A stretch of 35,707 bases of DNA from Candidatus Fervidifonticultor quintus. Lineage in GTDB: Bacteria > Sysuimicrobiota > Sysuimicrobiia > Sysuimicrobiales > Humicultoraceae. The notes under the pieces are model-generated. The model ran no database searches. It had not been told where the DNA came from and saw only the letters and a list, made by a program, of their open reading frames with translations. This document shows positions 26,174 to 33,218 of this stretch, one piece after another. The stretch's first letter is position 1, and each line of letters opens with the position of its first letter. The stretch covers positions 1 through 35,707 of the forward strand of contig JAVKIJ010000027.1 in assembly GCA_031459535.1 (NCBI GenBank). Reading direction: 5' to 3'. Made by a program: the position numbers and the translations under genes.

Positions 26174-26635
26174 CTAGCGCGCGATGGTCACCCCAACCGG
26201 TCCCACCTCGGCCCTGGACGGCCCGGATCGCTGGGCCGCCATAAGCACCCCGGAGATCTCGTAGGTCCCCGGCTCCACCGGCCGGCCCTGCAGGTCTCGC
26301 TGGTCCCAGGTGACGTGATAGGACCGCGTCTGGCCGGGCGCCAGCTCCAGGTTGCGCACGACCTGGGCGAACCCCTTGTCGTGTGACCACTGCCAGACTA
26401 GCGCGCCGCGTTGTTGGACGATGACATCGTACAGTTGCCCGCCAAAGGTCACGGTCACCGCGACACCAGCCGTATTGGTCACCCGCAGGATCACCGCCAC
26501 CGGCTCACCAGGACGAAACGCCGGCTTCGCCACCTCCAGGTCCAGACGGAGGTCGCCGACAGTCCGAGTGGCCCGTGTCGCGGAGCCACTGACGCCGGTG
26601 ACGGCGACAAGCAGGAAGATCACCAGCGACCTCAT
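26174..26635 (-). CDS. Secreted protein with BsuPI-like (proteinase inhibitor, Ig-like) domain
   Basis: Signal-peptide-like N-terminus; V.N......T.TF..GQ.YD..V, VWQWS....F.Q....L.PG, WDQ....G..V.PG.Y. Confidence 0.75.
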   Translation of the reverse strand: MRSLVIFLLVAVTGVSGSATRATRTVGDLRLDLEVAKPAFRPGEPVAVILRVTNTAGVAVTVTFGGQLYDVIVQQRGALVWQWSHDKGFAQVVRNLELAPGQTRSYHVTWDQRDLQGRPVEPGTYEISGVLMAAQRSGPSRAEVGPVGVTIAR

Positions 26636-26696
26636 CGTCAGCCCCCAACGTAGCCCGTCCGGGTATACGCTGGCCAAGCCGATCTGGTTCCTGGCG

Positions 26697-26885
26697 CTAC
26701 TCCTCCACGCGGATCTTGCCGGTAGCGATCTCCTCGAGCGCAATGCTCACCGGGTTCGTGGAGTCAATGTCCACGAGCGGCAACCCGCCTTCTTTGATCT
26801 GCCGGGCACGCTTGGCAGCGGCCATGACCAGGGCGTACTTGCTGTCCACCTGGTCGAGGAGTTCTTCCAGCGGAGGCTTGATCAC
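26697..26885 (-). CDS. rpoZ: RNA polymerase omega subunit
   Basis: [22 protein letters not shown]...[21 protein letters not shown]. Confidence 0.95.
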   Translation of the reverse strand: MIKPPLEELLDQVDSKYALVMAAAKRARQIKEGGLPLVDIDSTNPVSIALEEIATGKIRVEE

Positions 26886-26914
26886 ACCCGATCACCTCAT
26901 CGAAGCACCCCCGT

Positions 26915-26944
26915 ATTGTCCGGCACGGCACCGGGGGTCGTCAA
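26915..26944 (-). promoter_or_regulatory. Housekeeping promoter of rpoZ
   Basis: TTGACG-N18-GACAAT. Confidence 0.6.
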
Positions 26945-26997
26945 CACCCCATGGCGGGGTCTGGGATCGGATCGGACCGCGCTGTGCGCGCCCCGCG

Positions 26998-28359
26998 TCA
27001 GGAGCGAGCCGGAAGAGGCAGGTACGCCAGGGGATCGACCGCCTCCCGGGCCGGGTCGAGCGCCCTGATGATCTCCAGGTCCGGGGCCTCGGTCAGATCT
27101 ATCACCGCCGCGTCAACGACCGCCCCGCCCGGACCCCGTACGATCCGCACGGTCGGACGCGCAGGATCGCGGCGGCCGGGCCGCAAGACGACCCCCAGCG
27201 CGCCAGTGCTCAACTCGACGAGCGACCCAATGGGGTAGAGGCCCACCACGCCCACGAGCACCTGCACGGCCACCGGATCGAAGCGCCGGCCGGCTTCATC
27301 GAGGAGGAACCGGATGGCATCGCTGGGGAGCATCGGCAACCGGTGCGGCCGCCGCACGTGCGCGGCGGCGTCGTAGAACTCTAGCACCGCCACCACCCGC
27401 GACCACGGAGACGGCAGGGACTTGGCTTCGAGCGCCGGGTAGCCCGAGCGGTCGTAGCCGACATGGTGCTCGAACGCTACGACCATGGCCAGGCGTTGCT
27501 CGGCGGTCAGATGGCGCAGGATGAACGCTCCGTGCACGGGGTGGCGCTGTGCGATGGCGCGCTCGTCGTCCCCCAGCTCCCAGGGTCTGGTTAGCAGCCC
27601 GCTGGGCAGACGGGCCTTGCCGATGTCGTGCAGGAGCGCCGCCAGGCCCAGCACCATCAGGCGCGGCGGGTCCAACCTGGCCCGCACGCCCATGGCCAGC
27701 GCCAGGATGGCCATGTTGAGCGGGTGGTGAATCGACTCCTCGTCGTAGGTGCGCAGGGCGGTCAGGCTCAGGAGCGGCACCGGGTCCTCCGCCAGGCTCC
27801 TGGCGAGAAAGCCGACGACCTTGTGGGCATGTTTCAGCATCAGCGGCAGGCCGTGGGCAGCCTGGAAGTACAGTCCGGCCACGACGCGCATGCCCGCGCG
27901 ATACAGATCCGTGGGGCTGGAGGTCAGGTCGGCCAGGTCGTCGGGTGTCAGACTGCGAGAAGGACGGATGCTGATGTGTCGGACCCTGTGCTGGCGTAGA
28001 TAGGCTGTGGCTCCCACGCGGCGCGTCTCGGTGACCGGCAGGTTGAGCAGGTCCAGGAACCGGGAGAGCTCCCAGACCGTCAACCCCGCGGTGAAATCCA
28101 CGACGCTGATGCCCCGCTCGATCAGGTCCGTGAGGAAGGCGTCGAGCCGGACACTCTCCTCCAGGAGCAGCATGCGCGCGATGTAGAAGGCCTCCTCATG
28201 GACCACGATGCGTAGCTGGGGTTGCCCCGCGAGCACCGAGCCCAGGATCCGATGTGCTTCCTCCACGGCGGCGGCCCCTGTAGGGTGGTCCGCACTGAAC
28301 AGACCAACCTCGCGCTTGGCGCGGGCCAGCGTGAGCAAGATCTCCCGCGGCGCTCTCAT
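26998..28359 (-). CDS. HD-GYP domain protein (putative cyclic-dinucleotide phosphodiesterase)
   Basis: ALLHDIGK, HP..G, EHH..YD.SGYP, YDA, RFDP, C-terminal YP.GSLVEL.TG..GVV; ATGA overlap with the upstream gene. Confidence 0.88.
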   Translation of the reverse strand: MRAPREILLTLARAKREVGLFSADHPTGAAAVEEAHRILGSVLAGQPQLRIVVHEEAFYIARMLLLEESVRLDAFLTDLIERGISVVDFTAGLTVWELSRFLDLLNLPVTETRRVGATAYLRQHRVRHISIRPSRSLTPDDLADLTSSPTDLYRAGMRVVAGLYFQAAHGLPLMLKHAHKVVGFLARSLAEDPVPLLSLTALRTYDEESIHHPLNMAILALAMGVRARLDPPRLMVLGLAALLHDIGKARLPSGLLTRPWELGDDERAIAQRHPVHGAFILRHLTAEQRLAMVVAFEHHVGYDRSGYPALEAKSLPSPWSRVVAVLEFYDAAAHVRRPHRLPMLPSDAIRFLLDEAGRRFDPVAVQVLVGVVGLYPIGSLVELSTGALGVVLRPGRRDPARPTVRIVRGPGGAVVDAAVIDLTEAPDLEIIRALDPAREAVDPLAYLPLPARS

Positions 28360-30281
28360 GTGGGCGATGGGCGTGCCTGAGGAGGGAGATGGTCTTCGGA
28401 CGGGCCCGCCCGGGCCGCAATCGCCTCGATGACGGTCCCGGCCAGCGCTCGCAGGTCGTCCGCCCTGGCGCCGGGAAGCGCCCAGGTCCGCGCGAGCCTC
28501 TGAATTGCCGGGAGCACGGTGCCCGAGAGCCACACGGCGTCCAAGCTCCCGGGCGGCTGGGCCTCGGCTAGATCGGCCAGCGCCTCGAGGACGGCTCGCT
28601 TGAGTTCCAGGTGGCGACCTAGGGGGTCGGGCTGCTCCAGCCACCCCATCAGCCGCGGCAGCGCCAGCATGACCTGGGTCGGATCCAGGACACTCAGTGC
28701 CCGGCTGACCAGGCGCTCGTCGGGATCGTCCAGAAACCGCACGAGGGCCTGCTGGGCCTCATCGGTCCCAATGGCCGCCAGCGCGTCGATTACCTCCCGC
28801 CGCACCCGATGGTCGGGATGCTGGATCAGGCGCGCGAGGTGCGCCACACCCTCGGGGCGGCGCAGGCCGCCGAGGATCCTGGCGACGTTCCTCACGACAT
28901 ACCAGCGCTGGTCATCGAGGCCCGCCCCCAGGGCGTCCAGGTGATCGGCGCCGACCGCGATCAGGACGTCGCGTAGCATGGCCCGCATGCCACCGCGCCG
29001 CTCGGCGGCCAGGGCCGCCACCAGGCGGCCGATGACCTGAGCGCCCAGCAGCCCGAGGCACGCCAGGACCTCTCCTTCCACCGGCGTTCCGCGCGCATCC
29101 CACAGCGCCGCACTCAGTGCCTCGAACTGGGGGCCAGCGGCGAAGCGCTGGAGATGCGCCGCCGCCACGCGGCCGCTTGCGCTGTCCGAGACCGCGCCGA
29201 GCGCGTTGAACCGGCCCAACACCTGAGCCAGGAGGCGGAACTCTCGTTGTTCCACCAGCCACGGGAGGTACCCTCCCAGCATCTCGACGCCGTCTGCGAG
29301 GTCGCCGTCGTCGGCGTCCTGGGCGAGCAGATCCACCAGCGTCTGAATCACCTCACGGTTGACCGCGTGCTCGTCGAGGACGAGAAGGTCTCCAAGACGG
29401 TCCTCCGCCCCACCACCCACCTGGACGGTGCCCGCGGCTTCCCGCGCTGTGAGGCGTCGGTGCGCTCGGAGCGGGCTTCCGGTCAGGCGCTCGACGAGGA
29501 CTTCGTCGCGCTGCACCGCGCGGGTCAGCAGCGACCGCAGCGGCTCGCGGGCCAGCGACCAGGCCTCCGCCAGGTGGGCATACAGGCGGGGCTGGTCCTC
29601 GAAGGCCTGATCGAGCACCAGCCGGTCCAGGTTCCGCAGCATGTCCAGCACGCGGTCCACGCGGGCCTGTTCGTCGCCTTCCGGAATCTCCACCACCGCC
29701 TGCGTCGCATCCTCGAGCAGCCGGCACGTCCGCTCCGGACCTGCCCGGAGGATCTCTATCAGCCGTTCGCGATCGTTCAGAGAGGGCTCGCGGCTCCCAA
29801 GGATCTCGACCAGGGCCCCCATGTCAATCGCCTGCAACTCCTGGTCTTCCTCCAGCGCCATCTCGTCGAGCTGGATGCTCGCGGCGCCCGCCTGCTGGAC
29901 GAGCGTACGGGCGCCACCCGCCGCCTCCAGCGCGCCGCGCTCCATGGCCAGGATCGGGACGACCTCTTCCAGCGCCCGCGCGTCAACCGTCGGGAAGATC
30001 CGGAAGTACACGATGCGGCGAGTGTACAGGTGCGCGGCCAGGTTGGCCATGGCGGTCCCGCGCAGCGGAAAGCCGTCGACGTAGAAGCCCGAACGGACCA
30101 CCCGGGCCGACAGGGGGCCGTAGGTGTCGACGTACGACCGCAAGATGCCCAGCAACGTTTCAATGGCGCGGCGGGTCACCTGGTGTGAGGCGGTGTAGAG
30201 CACACAGGTCTTGACGGCCGTGGCCAGCATGCGCAGCGCCAGCTCGGCAGCCTTGACCTTCGCCTCGATCGACACGGACAA
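28356..30281 (-). CDS. HEAT-repeat domain protein
   Basis: LDDQRWYVVRNVARILG, HPDHRVRREVIDALAAIG, LDDPDERLVSRAL repeats; N-terminal LY...H module. Confidence 0.85.
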   Translation of the reverse strand: MSVSIEAKVKAAELALRMLATAVKTCVLYTASHQVTRRAIETLLGILRSYVDTYGPLSARVVRSGFYVDGFPLRGTAMANLAAHLYTRRIVYFRIFPTVDARALEEVVPILAMERGALEAAGGARTLVQQAGAASIQLDEMALEEDQELQAIDMGALVEILGSREPSLNDRERLIEILRAGPERTCRLLEDATQAVVEIPEGDEQARVDRVLDMLRNLDRLVLDQAFEDQPRLYAHLAEAWSLAREPLRSLLTRAVQRDEVLVERLTGSPLRAHRRLTAREAAGTVQVGGGAEDRLGDLLVLDEHAVNREVIQTLVDLLAQDADDGDLADGVEMLGGYLPWLVEQREFRLLAQVLGRFNALGAVSDSASGRVAAAHLQRFAAGPQFEALSAALWDARGTPVEGEVLACLGLLGAQVIGRLVAALAAERRGGMRAMLRDVLIAVGADHLDALGAGLDDQRWYVVRNVARILGGLRRPEGVAHLARLIQHPDHRVRREVIDALAAIGTDEAQQALVRFLDDPDERLVSRALSVLDPTQVMLALPRLMGWLEQPDPLGRHLELKRAVLEALADLAEAQPPGSLDAVWLSGTVLPAIQRLARTWALPGARADDLRALAGTVIEAIAARAGPSEDHLPPQARPSPT

Positions 30282-30313
30282 GCGATCCTCGAGGAACCCG
30301 CCTTCGAGTGGCG

Positions 30314-30341
30314 TTTCTTGCCGGTTCTGGCCGATACCTGC
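30314..30341 (-). promoter_or_regulatory. Putative SigH-type promoter for the HEAT/HD-GYP operon
   Basis: GCAGGTATC...GAAA, 24 nt start-to-start, intergenic. Confidence 0.5.
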
Positions 30342-30350
30342 TGCGCCTGG

Positions 30351-31277
30351 CTACCGGACGGCTTCAGCGGCGCTTCGGACGCGGCGCGGCTGGCCCAGCG
30401 GCCGACCGCTGCGCGCCAGCCAGACGCCGAACAGAACGACAGCGGTGCCTGCGATCTGCGGGACGCCCATGGGCTCGCGGAGCATCACCCAGGCCGACAG
30501 GAGCGCCACGATGGGAATCAGGTTGGAGAAAGCGGCTGTGCGGGCGCTGCCGACGGCCTGCACCGAAGAGTACCAGATCACGTAGCTGACCACCACGGCG
30601 AAGAGCGACGAGAACGCCAGGGCGCCCCAGGCCTGCGGGCTCACCGCGCGCCAATCGATGCGCACCAGACCGTCTGCCGCCGAGGCCAGGATGACGGGCA
30701 GGCCGAAGCTCAACGTCACGGTGGTCAGCCGCAGGGCCGAGTAGCGCGCCAGCCAGGGCCGCGAGAGGACGGTATACGCTGCCCAGCAGAGCGCTCCGGC
30801 GAGCGTGATCAAGTCGCCGGCCAGGGTGGCGCCATCCCCGCCGAGACCGGTCCGGCTGCGCACCAGGACCACGACCCCGGCGAAAGCCAGCAGCAGCCCG
30901 GCCCACATCCTGAGGCTGGGCCGTTCGATGCCGAGCGCCACCCCCAGAACTCCCACAAACAGCGGGACCAGGGACAGGATGATGGACGAATGGCTGGCGG
31001 TTGTGCGCGCGAGCCCGGCAATGAAGAGGCTCTGGTACCCCGCGTGGCCGATCAAACCCAACAGCGCCAGACCCGGGACATCGCCCGGCTCGATCCGCCA
31101 CGGCCCGTCGCGCCACCTGGAGATCCCCACCAGGCACGCAGCCGCCACGGCGAATCGCAGTCCGTTGAACACGAACGGCGGCAACTCGCCGAAGGCCACC
31201 TTGATGATGGGGAAATTTACCCCCCAGACGACCACCAGCAAGAGCATTGCGACATCCACGCGGCGACGCCCGCGCAT
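30351..31277 (-). CDS. EamA/DMT family transporter
   Basis: WG.NF..IK, P..F...RF, duplicated EamA halves with about 10 TMs; SD GGGGAG. Confidence 0.92.
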   Translation of the reverse strand: MRGRRRVDVAMLLLVVVWGVNFPIIKVAFGELPPFVFNGLRFAVAAACLVGISRWRDGPWRIEPGDVPGLALLGLIGHAGYQSLFIAGLARTTASHSSIILSLVPLFVGVLGVALGIERPSLRMWAGLLLAFAGVVVLVRSRTGLGGDGATLAGDLITLAGALCWAAYTVLSRPWLARYSALRLTTVTLSFGLPVILASAADGLVRIDWRAVSPQAWGALAFSSLFAVVVSYVIWYSSVQAVGSARTAAFSNLIPIVALLSAWVMLREPMGVPQIAGTAVVLFGVWLARSGRPLGQPRRVRSAAEAVR

Positions 31278-31334
31278 CGCAGTCTCCCCCGGATCCTGCG
31301 CAGGCCCCAGCCGGCGCTGCGCGCGGATAGAGTG

Positions 31335-31361
31335 ATTCGCCGCACCCGGGGCCGCTCCCGC
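31335..31361 (-). promoter_or_regulatory. Putative SigH-type promoter for the EamA gene
   Basis: GCGGGAGCG-N14-GAAT. Confidence 0.5.
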
Positions 31362-31394
31362 CGGTTCGCCGTCGACGCCCACGGCGGGGTAGCG

Positions 31395-31422
31395 GCAGGG
31401 GCTGCGCGGCTGAATCGAGAAC
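31395..31422 (+). promoter_or_regulatory. Putative SigH-type promoter for the DinB-family gene
   Basis: GCAGGGGCT-N15-GAAC. Confidence 0.5.
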
Positions 31423-31455
31423 CTGCCAACATCCCACTGCGGAGGTTGGTCAGCG

Positions 31456-31971
31456 ATGCAGCCGTTCCTGTCACTGTTCGACTATCTGCTCAAAGCGCGC
31501 GCACGTCTGCTGGACTGGATCAGGCCGTTGTCCGCCGAGGAGTACTTCCGCGAGTTCCCCTATGGTCTGAAGACCATCCACGCGACGCTCTTGCATGTGG
31601 CCGGGGCCGAGTGGGCCTATGGCCGCCGTCTGCAGGGCCAGCAGGTATCCTTCACCGACAACCCGTTCATCGCGGAGAAGGTGCTCACCTTCGCGCAGCT
31701 GGAGCCTGCCTGGACGGCGCTCTCGTCAGAGACCCGCCTGGCCCTGAGCCAGATCACTGACTGGAACGCTGGGGTTGAGTACCGGATGACCCCGCCCAAC
31801 GCCCCGCCTGTCCGCATTCGCACCACGCGCCAGGGCGTCGCCTCCCAGCTCATCCTGCACGAGGTCCACCACCGGGCGCTGGTCATGTCCATGCTGCGGC
31901 AGCTCGGGGTCGCCGCGCAGAACCTGGACTACTCGGCGCTCATGTTCGACCGCGAGCAGGAAGTCGCCTGA
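31456..31971 (+). CDS. DinB/YfiT-family metal-binding protein (not DNA polymerase IV)
   Basis: TI..TL.H...AE, HE.HHR, LRQLG; SD GGAGGT. Confidence 0.88.
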   Translation: MQPFLSLFDYLLKARARLLDWIRPLSAEEYFREFPYGLKTIHATLLHVAGAEWAYGRRLQGQQVSFTDNPFIAEKVLTFAQLEPAWTALSSETRLALSQITDWNAGVEYRMTPPNAPPVRIRTTRQGVASQLILHEVHHRALVMSMLRQLGVAAQNLDYSALMFDREQEVA

Positions 31972-31982
31972 CGCGGCGCCGC

Positions 31983-32366
31983 TTGATCCCAAGGCGGCTG
32001 ATAGGAGCCACAGCGCTGGTCGCGGCCAGTGCAGCCGCGACCAGCGGGTGTTTGTTTCTCGCCCCCAGGCCCGACGTCGGCCCAGGTACCTTCCGCGAGC
32101 GGACCGTCATATTGGTCATCGACGGCACCGCCGGTCTACCCTTCGAGGGGTCGTACGGGACCCCGGCGAAAACCACGGCGGTGCGCGGCGCCGTGCCCAC
32201 CCAGTTCACCGTCAAGACCGCGGTGGGCGTCGTGGGGACGTTTACCAAGTCGGCCGCTGACGGCGAGCTCGTGGTACGGGTCATGGTGGACGGACAAGAG
32301 GTGCAGCGCCGGGCCACCAGCGCGCCGTTCGGCACGGTAACCGTCAGCCAGCTCTTCTCCCGCTGA
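31983..32366 (+). CDS. Putative lipoprotein, beta-rich
   Basis: Basic N-terminus, hydrophobic stretch and lipobox-like TSG-C; small beta-strand domain. Confidence 0.7.
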   Translation: MIPRRLIGATALVAASAAATSGCLFLAPRPDVGPGTFRERTVILVIDGTAGLPFEGSYGTPAKTTAVRGAVPTQFTVKTAVGVVGTFTKSAADGELVVRVMVDGQEVQRRATSAPFGTVTVSQLFSR

Positions 32367-32445
32367 CGGCCCCACGGCCACCAAGACGGGGCCGGCGGGA
32401 GGCGCCGAATCCAGGAACCCACCATAGCCACGTGGGAGGCGGTCC

Positions 32446-33217
32446 GTGCCGGCTGGGGCCTCGGCGTCCGATGGCTCTTCCTCAGGAACTCGACACCCGC
32501 CGTCGGGTTTCCCCACCCTCGGCCCGCAGGCCCCCAGTGCAATCGCCCTCCTGATTGCCGGCATCTCGATCCTGGGCGCCATCGCCGCAGCTCGTGCGGC
32601 CTGGGCGGCCCAGGAGGCCACGCTCGTCGAACGACGGCACGTGCAGGCCCTGATGCTCAGAGAACTGCGCCTGCTCGAAATCCAGGGCCAGGTCGACCAC
32701 GATTATCGCCTGGCCGGTCTCTACGCCTCGTTCGCACTCGGGGCCGACCATCTGCAGCGCGAAGCCGAGGCCTTGCGTGCCACGCAGCCGGACCGGGCAG
32801 CCTGGTTCGACCTGCGCGCGCAGGAGGAGCGCGCCCGGCGCCGGGCGATCGTCCCATTCTTCCGGGTCGCGCTCCCGTCCACCACGAACGGCATCCCGGC
32901 ATACGACCGAGACGAGATCGTCAGGCGGCGCGTCGCCACCAACAGAGAGCTGCGGGAGATCTCCGCGGATATCAGGGACAGCGGTACCCAGCCTCGAGCG
33001 CGCACACGCCACGACCTGGCTCCTGGAAGCCTGTGTCGCCATCCTGGTGTTCTCGCTGCTCTTCCTCACCCTGGCGATGGCCGAAGTCGGTGGGCAGCAG
33101 TGGCGAGGTGTGCTGGTCGGTCTTGGGGTGGGATTGGCGTTCGTCGGGCTCGGTGCCGGGCTGCTGGTGGAGGTCGGCTGGGCGGTGGATCTGTTCGTGC
33201 GGACCGCGGCGCACTGA
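32446..33217 (+). pseudogene. Frameshifted membrane protein (TM - helical region - TM - TM; DUF4337-like architecture)
   Basis: SD GGAGG. The reading is protein-like to about 32970; the C-terminal TMs (LLEACVAILVFSLLFLTLA...GVLVGLGVGLAFVGLGAGLLV) are in the +1 frame, ending TGA 33217, 1 nt before the next start. Confidence 0.65.
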
Positions 33218-33218
33218 C

